From contig JAVKIE010000013.1 in NCBI GenBank assembly GCA_031459615.1, forward strand, positions 226 to 64,225: 64,000 nt of DNA. The letters run 5' to 3'. The notes below the pieces were generated by a model, which ran no database searches, was not told the DNA's origin, and worked only from the letters and a program-made list of their open reading frames with translations. Source of the DNA: Candidatus Calidihabitans tengchongensis (GTDB taxonomy: Bacteria > Sysuimicrobiota > Sysuimicrobiia > Sysuimicrobiales > Kaftiobacteriaceae). The stretch's first letter is position 1. Each line of letters starts with the position of its first letter. Shown here piece after piece: positions 35,495-44,780 of the stretch. The translations under genes were made by a program, and so were the position numbers.

Positions 35495-35938
35495 GTGAAC
35501 GGCCGGGGGCTGGCGCTGTCGGCGGTGATCGTCGCGGCCGTCGTGGCCGGGGCGTCCGGGTACGTGGTGCTGCGGTCCGCGCGCCCTCCTGTCTCGGCGG
35601 CACCCCCGGTCGTGCCCGAAGTGCGCCAGTTCGACCTGTGGCTGCACGTCCTGGAGGCGGGGGAGACCGCCGTGCGGCACTGGGTCCCGCCGGTTGTGGT
35701 GGTGAATGCGGGGGACACGGTCATCCTGCGGCTCCACAACGGGGATCCGGAGGCCGCCCACGGCTTTGTGGTGGCGGCCCTGAACGTGGTGGTCCCCCCG
35801 ATCCCTCCGGGGGAAACGGCGACGGTGCGGTTTGTGGCGCAGCGGCCCGGCATCTACCACTACGGCTGCGCCGCCGCCGGGTGCGCGCCGGACCACGCCG
35901 GCCAGATCGGTCAGCTGGTGGTGCTGGGAGGCCGGTAG
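35495..35938 (+). CDS. membrane-anchored cupredoxin 4
   Basis: N-terminal TM, GDTVILRL, AHGF, YGCAAAGCAPDHAGQ. Confidence 0.82.
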   Translation: MNGRGLALSAVIVAAVVAGASGYVVLRSARPPVSAAPPVVPEVRQFDLWLHVLEAGETAVRHWVPPVVVVNAGDTVILRLHNGDPEAAHGFVVAALNVVVPPIPPGETATVRFVAQRPGIYHYGCAAAGCAPDHAGQIGQLVVLGGR

Positions 35939-36871
35939 GTGCGCCTGACGCGACGCTCGTTCCTCACGTCCCTCGCGGCGGTGGCGGCCGCCCTGTCGGG
36001 CTCCCGGGCGGTGGCCCCGCTGGCCCGGTGGCGCCGCGGCGTGAAGGGCGCGGTGCCCGCGCTGGTGGCCCGGCCGGAGGGGGTCCACAGCCTGGCACAC
36101 CTGGAGGCTGTGCCCGCAGGCGGAGGCGTGGCCCTGGCCTTCGCCGCGGAGCCACCGCGGGCGGAGCCGGCGGCGGCCTCGGGACGCCGGTGGGTGATGG
36201 TGATCGACCTGGCGCGCTGCGACGGGTGCCGGGAGTGCACCCGCGCCTGCCAGGCGATGCACTTCCTCCCCGGCGGCCAGGAGTGGATCCGGGTGTACGA
36301 GATGCGCGATCACGAGCTGGGCGCGCCCTACTGGCTGCCCCGCCCGTGCATGCAGTGCGACAATCCGCCGTGCGTGAAGGTGTGCCCCGTGTCGGCCACC
36401 TGGAAGCGGGAGGACGGGATCGTCATGCAGGACACCTCCCGCTGCATCGGCTGCCGGTTCTGCATGGCCGCCTGCCCGTACCAGGCCCGCAGCTTCAACT
36501 GGGTGGACCCGGAGGTCCCCGGCATGCCCGACGAGCCCTACGCGATGGAGTGGAACCGGGTGCACCGCCGCGGGACCACGGAAAAGTGCATCTTCTGCCC
36601 GGCCCTGCTCGCCGAGGGCCGGCTGCCGGCGTGCGCGGCCGCGTGCCCCATGGGCGCCATCTACTTCGGCGACCAGGGAGAGGACGCCGTCACCAACTCC
36701 CAGGGGGAGACCGTGCGCCTGTCGGAGCTGGTGGCCGCCAACGCCGGCTACCGCCTGCTGGAGGAGCTGGGGACCGAGCCCCGGGTCTACTACCTGCCGC
36801 CCCGGCGCCCCCTGTATCCGCCTCCGCCCCCCGCCACCGAGCCGGCCTCGGCCGGGGAGGCCCGACGATGA
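35939..36871 (+). CDS. Tat-exported four-cluster [4Fe-4S] protein (NrfC/DsrO-like)
   Basis: LTRRSFL, WVMVIDLARCDGC, CMQCDNPPC, CIGCRFC, KCIFC. Confidence 0.93.
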   Translation: MRLTRRSFLTSLAAVAAALSGSRAVAPLARWRRGVKGAVPALVARPEGVHSLAHLEAVPAGGGVALAFAAEPPRAEPAAASGRRWVMVIDLARCDGCRECTRACQAMHFLPGGQEWIRVYEMRDHELGAPYWLPRPCMQCDNPPCVKVCPVSATWKREDGIVMQDTSRCIGCRFCMAACPYQARSFNWVDPEVPGMPDEPYAMEWNRVHRRGTTEKCIFCPALLAEGRLPACAAACPMGAIYFGDQGEDAVTNSQGETVRLSELVAANAGYRLLEELGTEPRVYYLPPRRPLYPPPPPATEPASAGEARR

Positions 36872-38418
36872 TGCGCCGCCGGGATCTCTTCTCGCCCCGG
36901 GAGCTCCGCGTGCTGGCCTCCCTGCACGGGGGCGGGCCGGGCTTTTACGCCCTCATGGGCGTTCTGGTCGGGGTGGCGCTCTGGGGGCTCATCGCCTACG
37001 GCGTCCAGCTGCGCTACGGCCTGGGCGTGACCGGGCTGCGGGACAACGTCATGTGGGGCGTCTACATCACCAACTTCGTGTTCTTCATCGGGGTCAGCCA
37101 CGTCGGCGCGCTGATGTCGGCCATCCTGCGCCTCACCGGAGCCGAGTGGCGGCGGCCGATCACCCGCATGGCCGAGGCCATCACCTTCGCGTCGCTGCTC
37201 ATGGGGGGCCTGATGCCCCTGGTGGATATGGGCCGGCCGGACCGGCTCCTCAACCTGGTGCTGCACGGGCGGCTGCAGTCGCCCATCCTGTGGGACATCC
37301 TGTCCATCACCACCTACCTCACCGGCAGCACGCTGTTCCTGTACGTGCCCATGATCCCCGACATCGCCCTGCTCCGGGACCGGTTCGCGGCGGGGCCGGC
37401 GTGGCGGCGGAGGCTGTACACCGCCCTGGCCCTGGGGTGGCGCGGCACCGAGGTCCAGCGCCGCCACCTGGAGGCGGCCATGGGCATCCTGGCCGTCCTC
37501 ATCATCCCCATCGCGGTGTCGGTCCACACGGTGGTGTCCTGGATCATGGCCATGACCCTGCGGGCGGGGTGGAACAGCACCATCTTCGGTCCGTACTTCG
37601 TCTCCGGGGCGCTGTTCAGCGGGGCGGCGGCCGTGGTCACCGCCATGGCCGCCTTCCGGTGGGCCTACCGCCTGGAGGAGTACATCACCGAAGACCACTT
37701 CCGCCGGATGGGCTACCTGGTGATCGCCCTGGGCCTGATCTACGCCTACTTCACCTTCAACGAGTACTGGGTCCCGGCGTTCAAGATGGCCTCCCATGAG
37801 CGCGGCTACCTGGCGGCGGTGCTGAGCGGGCCGTTTGCCCGGCTGTTCTGGTTCACCCAGGTGGGCGGGCTGCTGCTCCCGGTGCTGCTGCTGACCCTGC
37901 CCCGGGCGTCCCTGGTCCCCCGCCTGGCCCGGGTTCCCCTGCTTCAGCCCCGGCCGGCCCTGGCGGCGGCGGCGGCGTCGGGGGTGCTGGCGATCGCGGC
38001 CTACGCTCCGCCGTCGCCGGTGGCGGCGACGCTGGACGCCGGTGTGCTGCGGGCGGTTGCCGCCGGGACGCTCGCGGTGGCATCGCTGTGGGTGCTGGTG
38101 GCCCTGCTGCCCCTCTGCCGCGCCCGCCCGATCGCCACGGCGACTGTGGCGTCCGTGCTGGTCAACGTGGGCGCGTGGTGGAAGCGGTACGTGATCATCG
38201 TCCCCACGCTCCAGTCGCCGTTCCTGCCGATCCAGCGGGCGCCCCAGGGGTGGGGGGTGTACACGCCCACCTGGGTGGAGTGGTCGATTACCTTCGGAGC
38301 CGTGGCCGGCTTCCTGCTGATCTACATCGTGTTCAGCAAGCTGTTCCCCATCGTCTCCCTGTGGGAGACCCGGGAGACCGAGCAGGGCGGGGAGGTGGCC
38401 CATGCGCTGGCCCGTTAG
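36868..38418 (+). CDS. NrfD-family membrane subunit (ActC/DsrP-like)
   Basis: WGVYITNFVFFIG, RMAE, DMGRPDR, QSPILWD, SVHTVVSW, YTPTWVE. Confidence 0.93.
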   Translation: MMRRRDLFSPRELRVLASLHGGGPGFYALMGVLVGVALWGLIAYGVQLRYGLGVTGLRDNVMWGVYITNFVFFIGVSHVGALMSAILRLTGAEWRRPITRMAEAITFASLLMGGLMPLVDMGRPDRLLNLVLHGRLQSPILWDILSITTYLTGSTLFLYVPMIPDIALLRDRFAAGPAWRRRLYTALALGWRGTEVQRRHLEAAMGILAVLIIPIAVSVHTVVSWIMAMTLRAGWNSTIFGPYFVSGALFSGAAAVVTAMAAFRWAYRLEEYITEDHFRRMGYLVIALGLIYAYFTFNEYWVPAFKMASHERGYLAAVLSGPFARLFWFTQVGGLLLPVLLLTLPRASLVPRLARVPLLQPRPALAAAAASGVLAIAAYAPPSPVAATLDAGVLRAVAAGTLAVASLWVLVALLPLCRARPIATATVASVLVNVGAWWKRYVIIVPTLQSPFLPIQRAPQGWGVYTPTWVEWSITFGAVAGFLLIYIVFSKLFPIVSLWETRETEQGGEVAHALAR

Positions 38419-38917
38419 TGCGGCGGCCGCGGTGGTGGGGATCCTCCTCCTGTCCTCGGGGGCGGCCGCCGGCGTCGCCCTCTCCCTGGAGTCGGGGCCC
38501 GGAGGGCGGCCGCAGGTCGCGGCGGTGGTGACGGACGATTCCGGGGAGCCCGTGGAAGGCGCCACCGTGGCCTTCCGGGCCCGCACCGCCTTCGGCTGGC
38601 TTCCCCTGGGAGAGGTGACCACCGACGCGTCCGGGAGAGCGGTCCTGGCGCTGCCGTCCGGGCGCCCGTACCCGGAGATCGAGGCGGAGGTGTCCGAGCC
38701 TCCGCAGCGGGCGGCCCTGACCCTCGCGGAGCGCCCCGCGTGGCGCCCCGCGGTCCGGCCCGGCCGGCAGGTCCTGCAGGCCCTCAGCCCCCAGCCGGGC
38801 CTCATCAGCCCGTACCCCGTCCCGCCCCTGGCCCTGCTGGGGGCCCTCCTGGGCGGCATCTGGGCGACGTACGGCTACATCGTCTTTCTGCTCACCCGGA
38901 TCGCCACCGGCCGCTGA
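38402..38917 (+). CDS. Ig-like exported domain with C-terminal TM anchor
   Basis: Signal peptide, GEPVEGATVAF...TTDASG, C-terminal TM. Confidence 0.7.
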   Translation: MRWPVSAAAAVVGILLLSSGAAAGVALSLESGPGGRPQVAAVVTDDSGEPVEGATVAFRARTAFGWLPLGEVTTDASGRAVLALPSGRPYPEIEAEVSEPPQRAALTLAERPAWRPAVRPGRQVLQALSPQPGLISPYPVPPLALLGALLGGIWATYGYIVFLLTRIATGR

Positions 38918-38970
38918 CCCGCGGAGGCTCCCCGCCCCTGGCGGGGATGACGGGCCCCGCGCGAGGGGCC

Positions 38971-39621
38971 TCAGGGTTCAATGAGGCCCTTGCGGATGGC
39001 GTAGCGGACCAGTTCGGTGCGGTCGTGCAGGCCCAGCTTCTCCAGGATGTGGGCCCGGTGCGTCTGCACCGTCTTGATGCTGATGAACAGGCGCTCGGCG
39101 ATCTGCTGGTTGGACAGCCCCTGGGCGATGAGGGTGAGGATCTCCTTCTCCCGCTCGGTCAGTCCGTCGTAGCGGTCCCGCTCCTCCCCGGCCTCGACCC
39201 GCTTGAGGTAGTCCTCCACCACCTTGCGGGCGACCGAGGGATACAGGAACGCTTCTCCCCGGGCGGCCGAGCGGACCGCCTGGACCAGGTCGGAGGCGGC
39301 CGCGCGCTTGAGCACGTAGCCCGAGGCCCCCGCCCGCAGCAGCTGGAAGACGTAGGACTCGTCCTCGTGCATGGTCAGGGCCAGCACCGCGACGCCCGGA
39401 TGGCGCTCTTTGACTTTGTGGGTGGCCTCGATGCCGCCCATGCCCGGCATGCTGATGTCCATGATCACCACGTCGGGCCGCAGGCGCTCCACCAGCTCCA
39501 GGGCCTGCTGGCCGTCCCCCGCCTCGCCCACCACCTCGATGTCCTGTTCCCGCTCGAGGATCATGCGGACGCCCTCGCGGACGATGGCGTGGTCGTCGGC
39601 GATCAGAACCTTAATGGCCAT
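38971..39621 (-). CDS. NarL/NreC-family response regulator
   Basis: IADDHAIVREG, ISIKTVQTHRAHI. Confidence 0.96.
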   Translation of the reverse strand: MAIKVLIADDHAIVREGVRMILEREQDIEVVGEAGDGQQALELVERLRPDVVIMDISMPGMGGIEATHKVKERHPGVAVLALTMHEDESYVFQLLRAGASGYVLKRAAASDLVQAVRSAARGEAFLYPSVARKVVEDYLKRVEAGEERDRYDGLTEREKEILTLIAQGLSNQQIAERLFISIKTVQTHRAHILEKLGLHDRTELVRYAIRKGLIEP

Positions 39622-41344
39622 CGGATGGGACCTCCACGGGGATGACGGCCTCGATGCGGGTGCCCGCCTGAGGCCGGGACGTGATCTTCCACGTCCCCCC
39701 CAGCAGTTCCGTCCGCTCCTGCATGCCCATCAGCCCCAGCCCCCGGCCGTCCCGCGCCCGGGGCAGAGCCTGGGGGTCAAACCCGCGGCCGTCGTCGGTC
39801 ACCGACAGGCGCACCTGGCCGTCGGCCAGCGCCACGGTGACCCAGGCCCGGCGGGCGTCGGCGTGCTTGAGCACGTTGGTCAGGGCTTCCTGGACGATGC
39901 GGAAGACGGCCGTCTCGATGTGGTGGGGCATGCGCTCGTCCAACCCGGCCAGGGTCAGGTCCACCTGCAGCCCCTGGGGCTCCACGTGCTCCTTCACGTA
40001 CCACCGGATGGCCGCCGCCAGCCCCAGGTCGTCCAGGATGGTGGGGCGCAGGTCGTAGATCATCTTCCGCAGCTCCCGCAGGGTATCCTCGGCGATGCCC
40101 CGCAGGCGGCTCAGCCGCTGCTGCTCCGGCGGCGCGGCCGAGCGCTCGGCCACCTCCAGGTTGAGGATGAGGGCGGTCAGGGCCTGGCCCGCCTCATCGT
40201 GGAGCTCCCGGGCGATGCGGCGCCGCTCCTCCTCCTGGGCGGTGATGAGTTTCTGCAGCAGCTCGCCCCGCATCGCCTCCTTGGCCCGCACTTCCTCGTA
40301 CAGCCGGGCGCGTTCCGCCGCCAGCCCGATCTGGTCGCCGATGGCCGACAGGGTGGCCAGCTCCCGGCTGGTCAGGGCGCGCCGCCGGGGCAGGAGCAGG
40401 TTCATCACGCCCATGGTGCCTCCGGCGGTGCGCAGGGGAACCGTGACGTGGCGGGGCGCGTCCCACCCCGCCTGCTCCAGCCTCTCGCAGTGCACGATGG
40501 TGACCGCGTCGGCCAGCTGTTCGTTGCGGAGCATCTCCAGGCAGCGGCAGTCCCCCTCCATGGCGGCCATGTCGGAGGCGGCCAGTTCCAGGGGGAGGTT
40601 CTTGGTGGCGGCGATGGCAAACCCGCCATCGCGGCGCAGGTAGATCCACCCGCTGCTCAGCCGCATCAGGTCCACCAGCAGGTCCAGCGCCCGGCTCACG
40701 GCGCTGTGGACGTCCAGGGAGCGGTTCAGGGACTCGGCGATGGCGCTCATGGTCACCAGGTCCCGGGTGCGCTGGAGGGCCAGCAGGACGATGCCGATGC
40801 TGAACAGCAGGGTGAACAGCCCCGAAAAACCCGCCCCCACGCCGGCCAGGACCGGGTGCGGTCGCAGCAGGGGGTAGACCAGCGCCAGCATCCCGGTCAG
40901 CAGCAGCCCCCAGAACAGCAGCCGGGCGCTGGTGGTCTGCAGGCCCCGCTCCTGGCCGTACAGCAGGCCGGCGCTGCCCGCAAACGCGGCCCCGCCCAGC
41001 ACCGACGCCACCACCGCGGCGGCGGTCCAGGACGCCTCCGCCAGAACCGCGGAGGCAGCGATGCCCACCACGGCCAGGATCGTGACCCGCCGGTCGGGGC
41101 GGAAGCTCTGCACCATGGCCCACGCCGACGCCAGGAACAGAGCGTGCCGGATGGCGACCAGAGTGCTGGAGGGGGTGAGGGTGAGAAGGGTTTCGGCCAC
41201 CACGTGGGAGGCGAACAGGGCATAGGCGACGGCCCACCACCCGATCTGCCGCTCACGGCCCTCCAGATAGCGCAGGAGCAGAAAGAGGGTCAGGGCCAGG
41301 TGGATGCCGACGCCGACCGCCAGCGCACCCGTCAAAACCGTCAC
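39611..41344 (-). CDS. multi-TM + GAF + HisKA_3 sensor kinase
   Basis: About seven N-terminal TMs, GAF with CRC..C, EEERRRIARELHD, QEALTN. Confidence 0.93.
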   Translation of the reverse strand: MTVLTGALAVGVGIHLALTLFLLLRYLEGRERQIGWWAVAYALFASHVVAETLLTLTPSSTLVAIRHALFLASAWAMVQSFRPDRRVTILAVVGIAASAVLAEASWTAAAVVASVLGGAAFAGSAGLLYGQERGLQTTSARLLFWGLLLTGMLALVYPLLRPHPVLAGVGAGFSGLFTLLFSIGIVLLALQRTRDLVTMSAIAESLNRSLDVHSAVSRALDLLVDLMRLSSGWIYLRRDGGFAIAATKNLPLELAASDMAAMEGDCRCLEMLRNEQLADAVTIVHCERLEQAGWDAPRHVTVPLRTAGGTMGVMNLLLPRRRALTSRELATLSAIGDQIGLAAERARLYEEVRAKEAMRGELLQKLITAQEEERRRIARELHDEAGQALTALILNLEVAERSAAPPEQQRLSRLRGIAEDTLRELRKMIYDLRPTILDDLGLAAAIRWYVKEHVEPQGLQVDLTLAGLDERMPHHIETAVFRIVQEALTNVLKHADARRAWVTVALADGQVRLSVTDDGRGFDPQALPRARDGRGLGLMGMQERTELLGGTWKITSRPQAGTRIEAVIPVEVPSDGH

Positions 41345-41419
41345 ATCTCCTATCGTACACAGCCCGCGGGGGGTTGTCTTCGGGCGCCCGGGCAGGGGCA
41401 GAGGGGAGCGGAAGGCCGC

Positions 41420-41632
41420 TCAGCCGGCCCGCCGCAGCGGGGGGTGGATGTCGGGCAGTGGAGGCGTGCGCGGAAGGGCCCGGCGGTCCAGGACGGCGGT
41501 GAGGGGATACCCGCACCGGGGGCAGGCGCCTCCCGGAGAGGGGACAAAGATGGCCCCGCAGTGGGGACAGATGGCCAGGTCCGGAGACGGAGAGTGCCGC
41601 ACGCGACTGCCGGAGACGCCCATGGGCACCAC
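41420..41632 (-). CDS. small zinc-ribbon protein
   Basis: CPHCG...CPRCG. Confidence 0.5.
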   Translation of the reverse strand: MVPMGVSGSRVRHSPSPDLAICPHCGAIFVPSPGGACPRCGYPLTAVLDRRALPRTPPLPDIHPPLRRAG

Positions 41633-41807
41633 CCTTCATATTGTACTGTAGGGCGCCCGGGCTGGGCCCATCGGTCGGCCGCCCGAGGGGCCTCTCGGGC
41701 ACCGATGCCATAATCCGGCCGGCACCTGATGGCCCCGGACCGGATCCCGCCATATGTTGCAGGTACGGGCAGTCACCCTGCGGGACACGGCCGGCGAGGT
41801 GAGGAAG

Positions 41808-42482
41808 ATGGCCAAGGCGGCGCAGTCGGTGTCCACCATCCGGATCCTGATCGCCGACGACCACGCCATCGTCCGCGAAGGAATCCGCATGATCCTGGAG
41901 GCCGAACCGGACTTTGAGGTGGTGGGCGAGGCCACCACCGGCCGGGAAGCGGTGGAGCTGGTGCGGCGGGTGCGTCCCCACGTGGTGGTCATGGACATCA
42001 GCATGCCCCAGATGAACGGCGTGGAGGCCACCCGGGAGATCCGCCGGATCAGCCCCGACACCGCCGTGCTCATCCTGACCATGCACGAGGACGAGTCCTA
42101 CGTCTTCCAGCTGCTGCAGCTGGGGGCGTCGGGGTACGTGCTCAAGCGTGCGGCCGCCTCCGATCTGGTGGAGGCGGTGCGGGCCGCCGCCCGGGGGGAG
42201 GCGTTCCTGTATCCCTCGGTGGCCCGGAGCGTGGTGCAGGACTACCTGGAGCGGGTGCGCTCCGGGGAAGGGCGGGACCGCTACGACGGCCTGACCGAGC
42301 GGGAGCGGGAGATCCTGGTCCTGCTGGCGGAGGGCCTGACCAACCAGCAGATCGCCGAGCGCCTGTTCATCAGCGTCAAGACCGTGCAGACCCACCGGGC
42401 CCACATCATGGAGAAGCTCGACCTCCACGACCGGGCCCTCCTGGTCCGCTACGCCATCCGCAAAGGGCTGATCCAACCCTGA
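41808..42482 (+). CDS. NarL/NreC-family response regulator (paralog of 38971-39621)
   Basis: Long identical peptide blocks such as LTMHEDESYVFQLL and GASGYVLKRAAASDLV. Confidence 0.95.
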   Translation: MAKAAQSVSTIRILIADDHAIVREGIRMILEAEPDFEVVGEATTGREAVELVRRVRPHVVVMDISMPQMNGVEATREIRRISPDTAVLILTMHEDESYVFQLLQLGASGYVLKRAAASDLVEAVRAAARGEAFLYPSVARSVVQDYLERVRSGEGRDRYDGLTEREREILVLLAEGLTNQQIAERLFISVKTVQTHRAHIMEKLDLHDRALLVRYAIRKGLIQP

Positions 42483-42486
42483 CCCA

Positions 42487-42566
42487 CGCGGTCCCCGCGA
42501 TCTGCGCGATCCCCGCGGAAGGAGCCGAAATGCAGGAGTGCGGAGATCGCGCAGATTGCGCAGATC
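42487..42566. repeat. 9-bp-unit palindromic intergenic repeat, copy 1
   Basis: GATCTGCGC-type units inverted against GCGCAGAT(C/T) units. Confidence 0.75.
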
Positions 42567-42587
42567 CCCTGGTATGATGGAAACGCG

Positions 42588-43559
42588 ATGCCGCGGGTGG
42601 GCGTGCTGACCAGCGGGGGAGACGCGCCGGGCATGAACGCCGCCATCCGGGCCGTGGTGCGGACGGCGGTGGTGGCCGGGTGGGAGGTCGTGGGCATCCG
42701 CCACGGCTACGCCGGCCTCATCGCGGGCGAGGTGGTGCCCCTCACCGCCCGCGATGTGGGGGGGATCATCCAGCTGGGCGGCACCATCCTGCACTCGGCG
42801 CGTTGCCCCGAGTTCCAGACCCCCGAGGGACGACGGCGGGCCCTGGCGACCCTGGAGGAACACCGGATCGACGCCCTGGTGGTCATCGGCGGCAGCGGCT
42901 CCCAGTGCGGCGCCTGTGAGCTGTCGCGGGCCGGAGTGCGGGTCGTGGGCGTGGCATCCACCATCGACAATGACGTCTACGGCGCCGACATCACCATCGG
43001 CGTGGATACCGCGCTGAACATCGCCCTGGAGGCGGTGGACCGGCTCAAGACCACCGCGTCCGCCCTGCAGCGGGCCTTCCTGGTGGAGGTGATGGGCCGG
43101 CAGTGCGGGTACCTGGCCCTGATGACGGCTCTGGCCGGGGGCGCCGAGTCGGTGGTGATCCCCGAAGTCGAGATCCACCCTGAGCAGATTGTGGAGGACC
43201 TCCGCCTGGCGGCGCAGCGGGGCAAGGCTCACGCGCTGGTGGTGGTGGCCGAGGGGGCCGCCTACAACGCCGAGCGCCTGATCCGGTATTTCCACGAGCA
43301 CCGGGAGCGGCTGGGATACGAGTTGCGGGCCACCATCCTGGGCCACGTGCAGCGGGGCGGGGCGCCCACCGCCTTTGACCGCCTGCTGGCGACCCGCACC
43401 GGGGCAGCCGCCGTGGACCTGCTGGTGGAGGGGACAGACGGGGTCATGGTCGGTCTCCGCCGGGGAGAAATCGACACGACGCCCCTGGCGGAGGTGGCGG
43501 CCAACAAGAAGACGCTGGACCTGCGGTTGCTGAGCCTGATCCGGACTCTGGCCACGTAG
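42588..43559 (+). CDS. pfkA: 6-phosphofructokinase
   Basis: LTSGGDAPGMNA, TIDND, EVMGR, LGHVQRGG. Confidence 0.95.
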   Translation: MPRVGVLTSGGDAPGMNAAIRAVVRTAVVAGWEVVGIRHGYAGLIAGEVVPLTARDVGGIIQLGGTILHSARCPEFQTPEGRRRALATLEEHRIDALVVIGGSGSQCGACELSRAGVRVVGVASTIDNDVYGADITIGVDTALNIALEAVDRLKTTASALQRAFLVEVMGRQCGYLALMTALAGGAESVVIPEVEIHPEQIVEDLRLAAQRGKAHALVVVAEGAAYNAERLIRYFHEHRERLGYELRATILGHVQRGGAPTAFDRLLATRTGAAAVDLLVEGTDGVMVGLRRGEIDTTPLAEVAANKKTLDLRLLSLIRTLAT

Positions 43560-43567
43560 GAGGTCCC

Positions 43568-44572
43568 GTGGAACCGCTGACCGTCGGCAAGGTGCGCGGC
43601 CTCCAGCAGATCTCCGATCCGGGCGGCATCTTCGCCATCTGCGCCATGGATCACCGGGGGTCCCTGCAGAGGCTGCTGAACCCGCAGTCCCCCGACCGGG
43701 TGGAGGCTCGGGCCCTGGTGGAGGTCAAGCTGGACCTGGCGGAAGCCCTGGCGCCGGTGTCCACCGCAGTGCTGCTGGACCCGCTGTACGGCGCGGCCCA
43801 GGCCATCGCCGGCGGCGTTCTGCCGGGCCGGACGGGGTTGCTGGTGAGCCTGGAGGAGACCGGGTACGAAGAGCTCCCCCAGGGCAGGATGACCCGGCTG
43901 CTGGAGGGGTGGAGCGTCGAGAAGATCCGGCGCATGGGCGCTGCGGGGGCGAAGCTCCTGCTGTACTACCGGCCGGACCTGACCGACGCCGCCGCCCACC
44001 AGCGGGACGTGGTCCTCCGGGTTGCCGAGGACTGCCGCCGGTGGGACCTGCCGTTCGTCCTGGAACCGATCGTGTACCCCGCTGCCGGCGAGGACCCCGA
44101 GACGTTCGCCGCGCACCGGGCGGACCTGGTGGCGCGCACCGCGCGTGAGCTGGGCGGGCTGGGAGTGGATGTGCTGAAGGTCCAGTTCCCGGGCGACCTC
44201 CGGCGCGCGCGGGATGCGGGGGCGCTGCTGGAGGCGTGCCGTCGGCTGGACGCCGCCTCGCCGGTGCCCTGGGTCCTGCTCAGCGGCGGGGTCGGGTACG
44301 ACGAGTTCGTCACCCAGGTGGAGGTGGCGTGCCGCGCGGGGGCGTCGGGTTTCCTGGGGGGCCGGGCGGTGTGGGAGGAAGCCCTGCGGATCGCCGACCG
44401 CGCCGAGCGCCGCCGGTGGCTGCACACGGCGGGGGCGGAGCGCATGCGGCGGCTGCACGAGATCGCGGGCGAGCACGGCCAGCCCTGGTGGCGCAAGCGA
44501 GGGCTGGCGCCGACGGGCCTGGCGGCAGTCTCGGAATCGTGGTACCGGGAGTACGGGGGAGGCGCGTCATGA
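43568..44572 (+). CDS. lacD: LacD-family class I aldolase (tagatose-1,6-bisphosphate aldolase-like)
   Basis: AMDHRGSL, KLLLYYRPD, DVLKV, WVLLSGGV, GFLGGRAVW. Confidence 0.85.
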   Translation: MEPLTVGKVRGLQQISDPGGIFAICAMDHRGSLQRLLNPQSPDRVEARALVEVKLDLAEALAPVSTAVLLDPLYGAAQAIAGGVLPGRTGLLVSLEETGYEELPQGRMTRLLEGWSVEKIRRMGAAGAKLLLYYRPDLTDAAAHQRDVVLRVAEDCRRWDLPFVLEPIVYPAAGEDPETFAAHRADLVARTARELGGLGVDVLKVQFPGDLRRARDAGALLEACRRLDAASPVPWVLLSGGVGYDEFVTQVEVACRAGASGFLGGRAVWEEALRIADRAERRRWLHTAGAERMRRLHEIAGEHGQPWWRKRGLAPTGLAAVSESWYREYGGGAS

Positions 44573-44712
44573 TGCGGTGGGTGCGGTACGCGGTGGCGGT
44601 GGTGCTGGCGGCGGTCGGGACCGCGGCGATCGTCCTGGTGGCATATGTCGCCTACCTGGTCGGCCTGTGGTCGAGGTCCGCCCGCCGCGACCACGCGCCG
44701 TCGGTGAGATAA
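44569..44712 (+). CDS. small single-TM protein
   Basis: ATG overlaps the lacD stop, GGAGG RBS, hydrophobic 47 aa. Confidence 0.45.
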   Translation: MMRWVRYAVAVVLAAVGTAAIVLVAYVAYLVGLWSRSARRDHAPSVR

Positions 44713-44738
44713 AGGGAAAAGGGAAAAAGGCAAAGGGG
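44711..44738. repeat. purine-rich 7-mer tandem repeat
   Basis: AAAGGGA AAAGGGA AAAAGGC AAAGGGG. Confidence 0.6.
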
Positions 44739-44780
44739 AGGACAACCGGGCGCCGGCGGGCGGCGCGGAGGGGGACGGCC

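Noticed and set aside
35638-38418. 926-aa ORF as a giant NrfD fusion
   Set aside because: Real start is at 36868; the upstream part overlaps cupredoxin 4 and the FeS gene in other frames
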